From Pseudomonadota bacterium (GTDB lineage Bacteria > Pseudomonadota > Alphaproteobacteria > Rhodobacterales > Rhodobacteraceae): a DNA stretch of 64,000 bases. Below are positions 46,629 to 57,221 of this stretch, piece by piece. The stretch is from assembly GCA_038529695.1 (NCBI GenBank), contig JBCBDL010000005.1, positions 1,449-65,448 of the forward strand, given 5' to 3'. A program made the position numbers and the translations under genes. Every line of letters starts with the position of its first letter. Positions within the stretch are counted from its first letter, which is position 1. The notes beneath the pieces are model-generated. The model searched no databases. It was not told the DNA's origin and worked only from the letters and a program-made list of their open reading frames with translations.

Positions 46629-47233
46629 CGGCCCCCAGATTTATCACGTTTGAAGGGATCGACGGGTCCGGAAAATCCACACAAGCACGCCGTTTCGCAG
46701 ACCATCTGCGCCGGCAGGGTGCAGATGTCGTGTTGACGCGTGAACCTGGCGGCAGCCCAGGGGCAGAAGAAATTCGCCAATTGGTGCTGACCGGCGATCC
46801 CGAACGCTGGTCCGCCGAAACAGAAATTCTGCTTTTTACCGCGTCGCGTCGCGACCATTTGGAAAAGACGATTGAACCGGCGCTGGCAGCTGGACGTCAT
46901 GTCGTCTCGGACCGTTTTGCGGATAGTACCCGTGTTTATCAGGGGGCGACACGCGGCGATCTGCGGGCGATGGTAGATCAACTTCATGCGCTGATGATCA
47001 AACGTGAGCCGGACCTGACATTTATCATCGATATGGACCCTGCGACCGCGCTGGAGCGGGGTCTGGCACGCAAATCGGGTGAAGACCGGTTTGAGGATTT
47101 CGGCCTGCCATTTCAGGAAACACTGCGCCATGGGTTTCTCGCACTTGCCCATGCCCATCCCAATCGCTGCGTTCTGATTGACGGTGACCGCACGGTTGAC
47201 CAGATCGCCTCGGAAATCGCGGCCCATGCATGA
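46625..47233 (+). CDS. tmk: Thymidylate kinase
   Basis: 'FITFEGIDGSGKSTQ', 'TREPGG', 'SDRFADST'. Confidence 0.96.
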   Translation: MTAPRFITFEGIDGSGKSTQARRFADHLRRQGADVVLTREPGGSPGAEEIRQLVLTGDPERWSAETEILLFTASRRDHLEKTIEPALAAGRHVVSDRFADSTRVYQGATRGDLRAMVDQLHALMIKREPDLTFIIDMDPATALERGLARKSGEDRFEDFGLPFQETLRHGFLALAHAHPNRCVLIDGDRTVDQIASEIAAHA

Positions 47234-48336
47234 GCGATGAGGCAATCCCAGAACCCGACCGGATCGAGGGCGCGCCGCATCCCCGCGAAATGCCCACGCT
47301 ATTCGGGCAGGATCAGGCGCAGACCGCTTTTCTGGACGCATTTGCATCGGGGCGTTTGCATTCGGGGTGGCTGATCACTGGCCCGCGCGGGGTGGGCAAA
47401 GCCACGCTCGCCTGGAAAATCGCCACATTTCTTTTGGCCGAACCAGAGGTGGGTCTGTTTGGTGAGCTGGTGTTGGACGTATCACCCGATCACCCGGATG
47501 CGCGGCTGATCCAGTCGGGCGCGCATCCACGATTGGCTCTAATCCGGCGGCCGTGGGACGACAAGACCAAGAAACTGAAGTCGGACATCACCGTTGATGC
47601 CGTCCGCAGCCTCAAACAGTTTTTCCAGATGTCTGCTGCCGATGGTGGCCGACGTGTGGTGATCGTGGATGCGGCGGATGAGCTGAACCGCAATGCCGCC
47701 AATGCGATCCTGAAAGAACTGGAAGAGCCGCCAGCGCAGACGACCATCCTGCTGATCGCGCATCAACCATCGCGGCTTTTGGCAACAATCCGATCGCGTT
47801 GCAGGGAATTGCGCTGTGCGCCTTTAAGCGCCGCTAACCTGCAAGCCGCGTTAGAGCAGGCGGGGCATCCGGCAGAGAATAGTGAGGCGTTGGCAACGCT
47901 TGCGGGTGGCTCTGCGGGCGATGCGATCCGGCTGCTCAATCATGACGGCATGGCCCTTTATGAAACCATCGTCAAAACAATCGAAACTGTGCCGCAGATC
48001 AACAGACAAGCCGCGCTCAAACTCGCCGACAGCTGTGCGGGTCGTGGGGCAGAGACACGGTTTGCCATGACCCTGGACCTGATGGATGTGTTTTTGTCTC
48101 GCGCAGCCCGTGCGGGTCTTATGGGTGAACCACAGGCCCAGGGTGCACCGGGTGAGGCCCGGTTGCTCGCGCGACTGGCGCCCGATGATCGCGCCGCGCG
48201 GCGTTGGGCGGCCTTGCAACAGGACCTGTCCAATCGCGCGCGCCATGGTCGGGCGGTGAACCTTGACCCTGCTGCATTGATCCTTGATATGATCTTTAAG
48301 ATCGAAGAGACGGCGCAAGGTGTCGCCGCAGCGTGA
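47230..48336 (+). CDS. holB: DNA polymerase III delta' subunit
   Basis: 'GPRGVGKAT', 'HP', 'IVDAADELN.NAANA.LK.LEEP', 'TIRSRC'. Confidence 0.93.
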   Translation: MSDEAIPEPDRIEGAPHPREMPTLFGQDQAQTAFLDAFASGRLHSGWLITGPRGVGKATLAWKIATFLLAEPEVGLFGELVLDVSPDHPDARLIQSGAHPRLALIRRPWDDKTKKLKSDITVDAVRSLKQFFQMSAADGGRRVVIVDAADELNRNAANAILKELEEPPAQTTILLIAHQPSRLLATIRSRCRELRCAPLSAANLQAALEQAGHPAENSEALATLAGGSAGDAIRLLNHDGMALYETIVKTIETVPQINRQAALKLADSCAGRGAETRFAMTLDLMDVFLSRAARAGLMGEPQAQGAPGEARLLARLAPDDRAARRWAALQQDLSNRARHGRAVNLDPAALILDMIFKIEETAQGVAAA

Positions 48337-48347
48337 AAGCGGCCCTG

Positions 48348-49136
48348 ATGACCCAAGCGACCATCGTTGACAGCCATTGTCATCTGGACTTTCCCGATTT
48401 CGACGCAGAGCGGCCCGCTGTCATCGCCCGTGCCATAGAGGCCGGGGTGGAACGGATGGTGACGATCTGCACCAAGTTGCGGTTGGAACCACAGGTGCGT
48501 GCGATTGCCGAGGCGTATGATCCCGTTTTCTATGCCGCCGGCACCCATCCGATGAGCGTGGCGGACGAACCGATGGCCAGTGTTGATGACCTGATCCGCC
48601 TTGCCGACCACCCAAAGTTTGTTGGTATCGGTGAAACGGGTCTCGACTATCATTACACGTCCGAAAGTGCCGCGATCCAGCAAACGTCATTGCGTATCCA
48701 TATCGCAGCTGCGCGCGAGACCAAGCTGCCGCTGATCATCCACGCCCGCGCTGCAGACCAGGATATGACACGTATCCTGCAAGAGGAGTATCAGAACGGC
48801 GCCTATACCTGCGTCATGCATTGCTTTTCCAGCGGCGCAGAACTTGCCAAGACAGCACTTGATCTGGACTTTTATCTTTCGATGTCCGGTATTGCGACGT
48901 TCCCCAAAAGCCAGGAATTGCGTGATATCTTCGCCAGCGCCCCGCTTGACCGGGTCCTTGTGGAAACCGACAGCCCCTATCTTGCCCCACCACCTTATCG
49001 TGGGAAGCGCAATGAACCAGCCTACACCGCGCATACCGCAAGGGTTGGTGCCGACATTTTCGACGTCAGCTACGCCGACTTTGCCGCCCAGACGACAGCG
49101 AATTTCGACCGATTGTTCTGGAAGGCTGCGGCATGA
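48348..49136 (+). CDS. TatD family hydrolase
   Basis: 'DSHCHL', 'GETGLDY', 'IIHAR', 'HCFS', 'ETDSPYLAP'. Confidence 0.94.
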   Translation: MTQATIVDSHCHLDFPDFDAERPAVIARAIEAGVERMVTICTKLRLEPQVRAIAEAYDPVFYAAGTHPMSVADEPMASVDDLIRLADHPKFVGIGETGLDYHYTSESAAIQQTSLRIHIAAARETKLPLIIHARAADQDMTRILQEEYQNGAYTCVMHCFSSGAELAKTALDLDFYLSMSGIATFPKSQELRDIFASAPLDRVLVETDSPYLAPPPYRGKRNEPAYTAHTARVGADIFDVSYADFAAQTTANFDRLFWKAAA

Positions 49137-49936
49137 GCGACCGGATTGCTTTCACGATCCTTGGCTGCGGCTCATCGGGTGGCGTGCCGCGCTTGGGTGG
49201 GCTCTGGGGTGCGTGTGACCCCGAAAACCCTAAGAATACGCGACGGCGCTGTTCGCTTCTGATCACACGCATCAGCGCCGATGGTGAGACCCGCGTTCTG
49301 ATCGATACCAGCCCGGATATGCGCAGCCAATTGCTGGATGCAGGTGTCGGGACGCTGGATGCGGTCGTCTACACCCATGGCCATGCCGATCATGTGCATG
49401 GCCTCGATGATCTGCGCATGATCGTCTTCAACATGCGCCAGCGGCTGCAGGTCTGGGCCGATGGCGATACATCAAATGACCTTCTGGGGCGCTTTGGCTA
49501 CGCCTTCGTGCAGCCAAAAGGATCACCCTATCCGCCAATCTGCGAACTGAATGCTATTGATGGGGATATCACCATTGACGGGGCAGGGGGCCCCATCGTG
49601 CTGACCCCGTTTGAGGTTGAACACGGATCGATTGAGGCGCTGGGCTTTCGCGTGGGCGATGTGGCCTACCTGCCGGATGTTTCCGCTATCCCGGAACCCG
49701 CCTGGGCACATCTGCAAAACCTTGATTGCTGGATCGTCGATGCGCTGCGGCGCGACCCGCATCCGACCCATGCACATCTGGCCAAGACGCTCGAATGGAT
49801 CGACAAGGTGCAGCCAAAACAAGCGGTGCTGACGAACATGCATAACGACCTCGACTATGCGACACTTGCCGCCGAAACACCTGACCATATCCAACCGGCC
49901 TATGATGGGCTTACGCTGACATTCGGTGTCGGTTGA
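49133..49936 (+). CDS. MBL-fold metallohydrolase (PhnP/YycJ-like)
   Basis: 'LGCGSSGGVP', 'THGHADHVHGLDD', 'HP.HAHL'. Confidence 0.92.
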   Translation: MSDRIAFTILGCGSSGGVPRLGGLWGACDPENPKNTRRRCSLLITRISADGETRVLIDTSPDMRSQLLDAGVGTLDAVVYTHGHADHVHGLDDLRMIVFNMRQRLQVWADGDTSNDLLGRFGYAFVQPKGSPYPPICELNAIDGDITIDGAGGPIVLTPFEVEHGSIEALGFRVGDVAYLPDVSAIPEPAWAHLQNLDCWIVDALRRDPHPTHAHLAKTLEWIDKVQPKQAVLTNMHNDLDYATLAAETPDHIQPAYDGLTLTFGVG

Positions 49937-50012
49937 CTTCTTTTGTTCCCAAATACCGCCGCCGGAGGCACCCTGAAATAACTTGCGGCGTAGCCGCACA
50001 TTTGGATCACAC

Positions 50013-50942
50013 ATGGCGGCCCTGATCGACGTTATCCTTCCTGTCTTTCTTGTGATTGGCTTTGGTTATGTCGCCGTCTGGCGCGGTCTGTTCAGTGATG
50101 CAGGCGTCGATGGGTTGATGAAATTCACCCAAGGCTTCGCCATTCCCTGTTTGTTGTTCCGCGCGATCTCAACCCTCGACCTTGAACAGAACTTTGACCT
50201 GGCACTTTTGGGCAGCTTTTACATCGGAGCGTTGGCCGGTTTTGCGACAGGTGTGATTGGCGCGCGCTATCTCTTTGGCCGTGGATGGGAGGACAGCATC
50301 GCCATCGGCTTTTGCTGCTTGTTCTCCAACTCGCTGCTGTTGGGTCTGCCGATCACCGAACGCGCTTATGGCATGTCGGCGCTTGAGGCGAATTATGCCA
50401 TCATCGCCGTGCATTCACCATTTTGCTATGCCATCGGGATCACCGCGATGGAGATTGCACGCAATCGCGGTGCCAGCATCGCGGCGCTACCCGGCAAGGT
50501 CTTGAACGCGATGTTCCGCAATGCGTTGATTGTTGGCATCACGCTAGGTTTCATCGTCAATCTGGGCCAAATTCCGGTCCCTGGCGTGATGACGGATGCG
50601 CTGGATTTGATGGTCCGGGCGGCGTTGCCAGCAGCGCTTTTCGGCCTTGGCGGTGTCCTATATCGCTACCGGCCAGAAGGCGATCTGCGCACGATCCTGT
50701 TTGTTGTTGCGGTCTCGTTGATCCTGCACCCCGCCATCGTCTGGGTCTTGGCAGATATCAATGATCTCACAGTTGCTGGCACACGTTCTGCCATGCTGAC
50801 AGCGGCCATGGCACCGGGCATCAACGCCTATGTCTTTGCCAACATGTACGGCACCGCGCGGCGGGTTGCGGCCTCTGCGGTTCTGCTTGGCACGGGATTG
50901 TCGATCATGACAGTGTGGTGCTGGCTCTATATCCTGCCCTGA
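50013..50942 (+). CDS. AEC (auxin efflux carrier-like) family transporter
   Basis: 'FAIPCLLF', 'FSNS..LGLP', 'AAMAPGINAY'; multi-TM. Confidence 0.88.
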   Translation: MAALIDVILPVFLVIGFGYVAVWRGLFSDAGVDGLMKFTQGFAIPCLLFRAISTLDLEQNFDLALLGSFYIGALAGFATGVIGARYLFGRGWEDSIAIGFCCLFSNSLLLGLPITERAYGMSALEANYAIIAVHSPFCYAIGITAMEIARNRGASIAALPGKVLNAMFRNALIVGITLGFIVNLGQIPVPGVMTDALDLMVRAALPAALFGLGGVLYRYRPEGDLRTILFVVAVSLILHPAIVWVLADINDLTVAGTRSAMLTAAMAPGINAYVFANMYGTARRVAASAVLLGTGLSIMTVWCWLYILP

Positions 50943-50967
50943 CGATATCAGATTTCTAGAAATTCGA

Positions 50968-51855
50968 TCAACTCGGCGACATCCCCCGCAGCCTTTCGGA
51001 TCGCCGCCGTAGTAATTCTACCGTGGCCAACAGCACAATTGAGATTGCGACCAAAACGGTCGCCGCCGCAAGGATCGTCGGGCTAATCTGTTCACGCAGT
51101 CCTGTGAACATTTGCCAAGGCAGCGTTTTTTGCGCAGCGGCGCCCACGAACAGCACCACAACCACCTCATCAAACGACGTGATGAACGCAAACAATCCAC
51201 CAGAGATAACCCCCGGCAGGATCAGCGGCATCTGAATACGAAAGAACGTGACGGTCGGCGTTGCCCCCATATTTGCTGCCGCCCGTGTCAGTGACCGATC
51301 AAAACCCACCAGCGTTGCGGTGACCGTGATAATCACAAACGGGATGCCCAATGCTGCATGCGCCAGGATCACCTTGATATACCCCGTCAGCGATTTTGAC
51401 ATGCCAAGATTATCCTCCATCCACAGCCCCATCTGGCTGTAGAAAAAGAACATGCCCGTGGCCGAGATAATCAGCGGCACGATCATGGGTGAAATCAGCA
51501 AAGCCATGATGCCGCGCCGGAACGGAACATGGGATTGCGACAGACCAATCGCTGCCAGCGTGCCAAGCGAGACCGAGATGATCGTCGCAAAAGGTGCGAT
51601 GATCAGCGAGTTTTGCAGCGGCCTGATCCAGTCCTGATTGGTGAAGAAATCGCGGTAGTGTTTGAGCGAATAACCCTCTGGATCCAACGCCAGCATCTCT
51701 GGCGTGAAAGTGAAGAAATCCTGCGCATTAAATGACAGCGGAATGATAATGATGATCGGTGCCACGAGAAAGAACAGGATTAGCCCAACGATGACCCGGA
51801 AACTGTAATGCCAGATGCGTTGGCCCGTGGTGGCGTAAGGCGGAAGCGCACTCAT
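50968..51855 (-). CDS. Polyamine-type ABC permease (PotC-like)
   Basis: 'SPMIVP', 'AAANMGA', 'FITSFDE'. Confidence 0.9.
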   Translation of the reverse strand: MSALPPYATTGQRIWHYSFRVIVGLILFFLVAPIIIIIPLSFNAQDFFTFTPEMLALDPEGYSLKHYRDFFTNQDWIRPLQNSLIIAPFATIISVSLGTLAAIGLSQSHVPFRRGIMALLISPMIVPLIISATGMFFFYSQMGLWMEDNLGMSKSLTGYIKVILAHAALGIPFVIITVTATLVGFDRSLTRAAANMGATPTVTFFRIQMPLILPGVISGGLFAFITSFDEVVVVLFVGAAAQKTLPWQMFTGLREQISPTILAAATVLVAISIVLLATVELLRRRSERLRGMSPS

Positions 51856-51860
51856 ATCCC

Positions 51861-53474
51861 TCAGCCCCCCAGCTTCACGTTGTCGATGCCGACGATCCGG
51901 TCATAGGCCCAATAGAGGATCAGCACCACCGCCAGCAGAATAGCCCCCAAAGCCGCCGCCAGCCCCCAGTTGAGCGAGGTTGAGATGTGATAGGCGATCC
52001 GGTTCGAGATAAAGACACCGCGCGTCCCGCCCACGATTTCCGGGGTGATGTAGTAGCCAATGGCAAGGATGAACACGAGGATACAGCCCGCCCCGATCCC
52101 GGGCACAGATTGTGGAAAATAGACACGCCAGAACGCGGTCCAGTTCGTGGCACCCAGCGATTTGGCCGCGCGCAGGTAGCTGGGCGGGATCGTCTTCATC
52201 ACCGAATAAAGCGGCAGGATCATGAAGGGCAGCAGGATATGCGTCATCGCAATGATCGTGCCGGTGGCGTTGTTGATCAGTGCCAGCCTGTTGTCATCAG
52301 CCACCAGCCCGATCCAGACAAGGGTGTCATTGATCACGCCTTGCTGTTGCAAAAGCACTTTCCACGCTGAGGTGCGCACCAATAGCGAGGTCCAAAATGG
52401 CAACAGCACCAGGATCATCAACAGGTTCGCCTTGCGTGCCGGAAGGTTGGCAAGCATCCAAGCGACCGGATAACCCAACAAAACGCATGATACAGTGATC
52501 GTCAGCGACATCACCAGCGTCCGCCAGAACAGCGTAAGATAAATCTGTTCGTTCTCTGGCTGCCATTCTGGCCCGTTCGGCGTTTTCTGCAGATCGACGG
52601 CGTTGAGGAAATAACCAGATGTAAATGTGGGGCTGTAGGTCTGAATGGTCTGCCAGACGCCGATACTCAGCCAGTCGTCATCAATATCCTCGAAGGCCGC
52701 ACGCACGTCCTCGCGGTCAAAACCTTGGGCTTGCTCAGCAGTCCGAGCGACCAAACCGGCCAGCGGGCCGTCAATCCGCGCTTGCGGATTTGCGATCAGG
52801 TCCTCATGCAGCGCAAGATAGACGATGTTCCAAGGTTCTTCCTCGGTCGGGCTGTCATTGTCGACGTCGCGGATGACAGCTGCAAAGTCGGCGTACATTT
52901 CTGCGGTCTTTGGCAAGGCCTGCGCCGCCGTTTCTGCAATGACAAATGCAGGCTCTTGCCCCTCACCATCCCATTCCGCCTGCCGTGCAATCCAGTCGGG
53001 GTCGGCGAAAAGCGTGACCCAGGTGCCGGGTTCTTCCCACGCCGCATCGACGGCAATGAACTGATCGGCATATGTTTCACCAATATCATCCACGCGCCGC
53101 CCGGATTTGCGAAAGAGAGACGAAATACCGGATGTTTCGTAGTTCAAGCGGCTGCCAAGACGAGTGTGGTTCTTTTCCTCGACAGCAATCATCAGATCCT
53201 TGGCAAGCGCGATGAACACTTCCTCTGATGGAGGTGCTCCGGCATCAGCGTTCCAATCACTGATTGCATCGACTGTGCGCGGGATCGTGTCACCAACAAT
53301 TTGGTTTTCGACCGAGCGGAACAGCATCTGCCCAATGGGGATGATGAAAGTGATGAGGATGAAGATCAGCAGTGGCGCGATCAGCATGAGCGCCCGCAGC
53401 TTTTGGCGCCGCAACGCCCGGTTTAGACTGGATTTCAGCGGGCGGCCGTCGGCGGCGAGCATCTGTTCGGCCAT
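51861..53474 (-). CDS. Polyamine-type ABC permease (PotB-like) with enlarged periplasmic domain
   Basis: 'LGYPVAW', 'LPFWTSLLVR', 'HILLPFMILPLY', 'AAKSLGA'; 537 aa. Confidence 0.9.
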   Translation of the reverse strand: MAEQMLAADGRPLKSSLNRALRRQKLRALMLIAPLLIFILITFIIPIGQMLFRSVENQIVGDTIPRTVDAISDWNADAGAPPSEEVFIALAKDLMIAVEEKNHTRLGSRLNYETSGISSLFRKSGRRVDDIGETYADQFIAVDAAWEEPGTWVTLFADPDWIARQAEWDGEGQEPAFVIAETAAQALPKTAEMYADFAAVIRDVDNDSPTEEEPWNIVYLALHEDLIANPQARIDGPLAGLVARTAEQAQGFDREDVRAAFEDIDDDWLSIGVWQTIQTYSPTFTSGYFLNAVDLQKTPNGPEWQPENEQIYLTLFWRTLVMSLTITVSCVLLGYPVAWMLANLPARKANLLMILVLLPFWTSLLVRTSAWKVLLQQQGVINDTLVWIGLVADDNRLALINNATGTIIAMTHILLPFMILPLYSVMKTIPPSYLRAAKSLGATNWTAFWRVYFPQSVPGIGAGCILVFILAIGYYITPEIVGGTRGVFISNRIAYHISTSLNWGLAAALGAILLAVVLILYWAYDRIVGIDNVKLGG

Positions 53475-53479
53475 TCGCC

Positions 53480-53767
53480 TTACACCCCCTCGACCAGCAC
53501 GATCATGCTGGTGGCATTTTCGCGCCGGATGCGCGCGACCTCCTGATATTCATTGGAATAGTAAAGCGCCTTGGCGCTTGCAAAGTCGGGAAACTCAAAT
53601 ACCACATGCCGGGCAAAATCCGGGCCCTCAGCGTTTTCAGCTTCGCCACCACGGACCAGTGGTTTGCCCCCTGCCGCTTCGATCAGGGGCGTGTCACGGA
53701 CGATGTACTCCTGATAAGCCTCCGCGTTATTCACGGTGATATGCCCGATGATGTAGCCCTTTGGCAT
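53480..53767 (-). CDS. DUF1330 domain protein
   Basis: 'Y..YI.......GG..LVRGG...EG....VV.EFP....A...Y.S..YQ.....R'. Confidence 0.88.
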   Translation of the reverse strand: MPKGYIIGHITVNNAEAYQEYIVRDTPLIEAAGGKPLVRGGEAENAEGPDFARHVVFEFPDFASAKALYYSNEYQEVARIRRENATSMIVLVEGV

Positions 53768-53823
53768 TGCGGTTTTCCCTGTCGGAATGGCGCAAGACGA
53801 TGTCCGCCTTGCGCCGTTTTCAG

Positions 53824-54930
53824 TTACTGGGCCAGCCAGCTTTGGAACTTGGCATCCAGATCATCGCGGTAATCTGCCCACCATTCATAGTTATAAAGGA
53901 AGGTGTTTTGGGCATTTTCCGGATCGGTCGGCATATGTGGGGCCATGTCGATGCCGAGTGTTGCGTGCTGACCAACCAGCGGTGCCGAGGACAGACGGGC
54001 AGGTCCGTAAGAGATGTATTTGGCCTGATCCGCCAGACGCTGCGTATCCGTCGCAAAGCGTACATAATCCAGCGCGCGGGCCTCACGTTCGGGGCTGAGC
54101 CCTGTCGGAATGATCCAGCCATCAAGGTCAAAGACCTGCGCATCCCACAGCATTTCCACCGGCTGACCCTGTTCCTCGATCAGGCTGAACAGACGGCCAT
54201 TATAGGTTGAGCCCATGATCACCTCACCATCAGCCAAAAGCTGCGGCGTGTCGGCACCGGCGGTCCACCAGATCACGCTGTCCTTGATCGTATCGAGCTT
54301 GGCAAAGGCCTGTGCCTGACCTTCATCGGTTTCAAGCACGTCATAGATGTCGTCTTTCGCGACGCCGTCACAAAGCAGCGCCCATTCGAGGTTCCCGATG
54401 GGCCGCCGTTCCAGACTGCGCATGCCAGGATAGGTTTCGGTGTCGAAGATCGCACAAATCTCGGTCGGTGGTGTGTCGCCCACCAGATCGGTGCGGTAGC
54501 CCACGGTCGTCGAATACACAATCTGCGGGATAAAGCAGTCCGACACGATCAGATCGCCGAAATCCTCGGTCGCGGTCGAACCGTCGTCACCCGGTGCGAG
54601 TTGCTCATCAAAGTCGATCTCCATCGCGAGGCCTTCGTCGCAGAGGCGGATCGCGTCAGAGGCGACCACATCCACCACATCCCACGTGATGTTGCCCGCT
54701 TCGTTCATGGCCCGCAGTTTTGCGACAGCCTCGGCCGAGCTTTCATCGTTGATGATCGTGATGCCTGTCATTTCCATATACGGATCGTGATAGGCGGCTT
54801 GTTGCGAGGCGGAATACGCGCCACCCCAGCTGACGATCGTCAGTTCATCAGCCATGTGGCCATCAGCAACGGCAGTCGTGCTTGCGACCGTCAGTGCCGT
54901 TGTTGCCATCAATGCTTTGGTCAATTTCAT
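53824..54930 (-). CDS. Polyamine-type ABC substrate-binding protein (PotD/PotF-like)
   Basis: Signal peptide; 'VSWGGAY', 'WDVVDV', 'YNGR'. Confidence 0.9.
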   Translation of the reverse strand: MKLTKALMATTALTVASTTAVADGHMADELTIVSWGGAYSASQQAAYHDPYMEMTGITIINDESSAEAVAKLRAMNEAGNITWDVVDVVASDAIRLCDEGLAMEIDFDEQLAPGDDGSTATEDFGDLIVSDCFIPQIVYSTTVGYRTDLVGDTPPTEICAIFDTETYPGMRSLERRPIGNLEWALLCDGVAKDDIYDVLETDEGQAQAFAKLDTIKDSVIWWTAGADTPQLLADGEVIMGSTYNGRLFSLIEEQGQPVEMLWDAQVFDLDGWIIPTGLSPEREARALDYVRFATDTQRLADQAKYISYGPARLSSAPLVGQHATLGIDMAPHMPTDPENAQNTFLYNYEWWADYRDDLDAKFQSWLAQ

Positions 54931-55005
54931 CGTTTTCTCCCGTTTGGTTGCCCGGTTGGTTGGTGGGTGCTGCCCGCCGGGCGATGGCAGCACCTTGTTC
55001 AGCCG

Positions 55006-56106
55006 CTAAGCATCCAGCGCGCGGCAATCTTTTGCAAGCCAGCCGATTTCAAGCTGGCTGCCAGGTGTCAGGCGCACCTGATCGGGTGCATTGCGTGTTT
55101 TGATCACAAAGTTATCGTTGCCCGCCACGCGCAGCCGGGTGCGGAATATGTCGCCCATATAGATGAATTCCAGCACCTCGGCCTGCAGCGTATGTGCGCC
55201 CTCTTTCAGGCGCGATTTGTCGAATTCCACCCGCTCGGGCCGGATTGATACCTGAGTTCGGTCCCCCACATTTGCCACATTCACAGGTACAGCGTCGATG
55301 ATATCGCCGCTATCAAGCCTTACGGTGCAGCTGCTCTCGTTCATCTCTTGAATAACGCCTTGCAACGTGTTGTTTTCCCCAATGAATTGGGCGACGAAGC
55401 TGTTCTGAGGTGCTTCGTATAGCTCATCCGGTGGTGCAAGTTGCTGGATACGTCCGTCATCGAAGACCGCGACGCGATCGGACATCGTCAATGCTTCGGT
55501 TTGGTCATGGGTGACGTATACCACCGTAATGCCCAGTTCATGGGCGAGGTTCGTGATCTCAAACTGCAGCGTCTCGCGTAGCTGTTTATCCAGCGCGCCC
55601 AACGGCTCGTCCATCAGCACCAATTCCGGTTCAAATACCAATGCGCGCGCCAGCGCGATCCGTTGCTGTTGTCCACCCGACAATTGCGCCGGTCTGCGGC
55701 CTGCGAAATCCTGCATTTGCACCATGCCCAAGGCGCGCATGATTTTCTCTTCGCGCTTGGCTTTGTCAATCTTTCGCACTTCCAACGGAAACGACAGATT
55801 TTCAGCAACGGTCATATGCGGGAACAGTGCGTAATTCTGAAACACCATGCCGATGCCGCGTTTGTGCGGCGGGATGTTGTTGATCGACACACCGTCCAGC
55901 ATGATTTCTCCATGTGTTGCCGTCTCAAATCCGGCGAGCATCATGAGGCAAGTCGTCTTGCCAGATCCAGACGGGCCTAACATTGTCAAAAATTCACCTT
56001 TGGGCATGGTGAGGTTCAGGTCTTTGACGACGAGCGTTTCGCCATCATAGCTTTTTTGAACTCTCTCAAACGCAACAAATGCAGCATCATTGGCTGTCTG
56101 CGGCAA
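55006..56106 (-). CDS. Polyamine-type ABC ATPase (PotA-like)
   Basis: 'GPSGSGKT', 'FQNYALFPH', 'LSGGQQQR', 'DEPLGALDK'; TTG start after GGGGAG. Confidence 0.92.
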   Translation of the reverse strand: MPQTANDAAFVAFERVQKSYDGETLVVKDLNLTMPKGEFLTMLGPSGSGKTTCLMMLAGFETATHGEIMLDGVSINNIPPHKRGIGMVFQNYALFPHMTVAENLSFPLEVRKIDKAKREEKIMRALGMVQMQDFAGRRPAQLSGGQQQRIALARALVFEPELVLMDEPLGALDKQLRETLQFEITNLAHELGITVVYVTHDQTEALTMSDRVAVFDDGRIQQLAPPDELYEAPQNSFVAQFIGENNTLQGVIQEMNESSCTVRLDSGDIIDAVPVNVANVGDRTQVSIRPERVEFDKSRLKEGAHTLQAEVLEFIYMGDIFRTRLRVAGNDNFVIKTRNAPDQVRLTPGSQLEIGWLAKDCRALDA

Positions 56107-56241
56107 ACCGATCTCCCCGTGGGTGTATCCCCTTTGGTGCCAACTAAACCGGGCGTCGCCGGGATTCGCAATCACTAAGGGACGCAATTCTGCCCGACGG
56201 GTGATCTCTTGCCCAAAGCCTAGGCAAGTTTATCTGCGCAA

Positions 56242-56290
56242 AGTTGCGAATGGTTATCATTCCTATTTACAGTTGCGAACGATTCTCATA
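56242..56290 (+). promoter_or_regulatory. Tandem Mur/Fur-type boxes upstream of sitA
   Basis: AGTTGCGAATGGTTATCAT and AGTTGCGAACGATTCTCAT, 29 bp apart; match TGAGAAT-N-ATTCTCA with few mismatches. Confidence 0.7.
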
Positions 56291-56330
56291 AACAGATGTT
56301 GCAACCTGGATCAATTTGAGGGGAGCCACA

Positions 56331-57221
56331 ATGGCATCTGTCAGACTGTTTTTTTCCGTGATTGTGTTTGTGATCACAGCATCGGCCGCATTCGCCCAAG
56401 AGGATAAATTCAAGGCTGTTACGACCTTCACCGTCATCGCCGATATGGCCCGCAACGTGGCGGGTGATGCTGCAATTGTCGAAAGCATCACAAGGCCGGG
56501 GGCCGAAATCCACGGCTATCAACCCACGCCACGGGATATCATCCGCGCGCAAGATGCGGATCTGATCCTGTGGAACGGTCTGAACCTGGAACTTTGGTTC
56601 GAACAATTCTTTGCCAACCTGTCTGATGTGCCAAGCGCCACGCTGACCGATGGCATCGACCCGATCAGCATCGCGTCCGGCAGCTACACCGGCAAACCCA
56701 ACCCGCATGCGTGGATGGGTTTGAACAACGCGCTGGTCTATATCGACAATATCCGCGACGCGTTCACCGAACATGATCCCGATAATGCGGAAACCTACGC
56801 CGCCAATGCCGAGGCTTACAAGGTTGAAATCACTGCAGCGATTGGCCCGCTGCGCGAGACGATCCTGGCAGTGCCTGCCGATCAGCGGTGGTTGGTGACT
56901 TGCGAAGGGGCCTTCAGCTATCTGATCCGCGATTTTGAGATGCAGGAACTCTATATCTGGCCAATGAACGCAGACCAGCAGGGCACCCCGCAACAGGTCC
57001 GACAGGTGATCGACACGGTCCGAGAAAATGACATTCCGGCGGTTTTCTGTGAAAGCACGGTGAACCAAGCCCCCGCTGAACAGATCGCGCGGGAAACAGA
57101 TGCAAATTACGCCGGTGTGCTCTATGTCGATAGCTTGACAGAGGCGGACGGGCCCGTGCCCACCTATCTGGACCTTTTGCGTGTGACCACAGAAACGATT
57201 GCGGCAGGCCTGACTGAATGA
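56331..57221 (+). CDS. sitA: Mn/Fe ABC substrate-binding protein
   Basis: '[11 protein letters not shown]', 'NPHAWM', 'TCEGAFSYL', 'VDSL'. Confidence 0.92.
   Translation: MASVRLFFSVIVFVITASAAFAQEDKFKAVTTFTVIADMARNVAGDAAIVESITRPGAEIHGYQPTPRDIIRAQDADLILWNGLNLELWFEQFFANLSDVPSATLTDGIDPISIASGSYTGKPNPHAWMGLNNALVYIDNIRDAFTEHDPDNAETYAANAEAYKVEITAAIGPLRETILAVPADQRWLVTCEGAFSYLIRDFEMQELYIWPMNADQQGTPQQVRQVIDTVRENDIPAVFCESTVNQAPAEQIARETDANYAGVLYVDSLTEADGPVPTYLDLLRVTTETIAAGLTE

Noticed and set aside
44591-47347. Minus-strand ORFs 44591..45385 and 46418..47347
   Set aside because: Shadows of the SPOR, dac, tmk and holB genes; the Ser/Ala bias mirrors the real low-complexity linker
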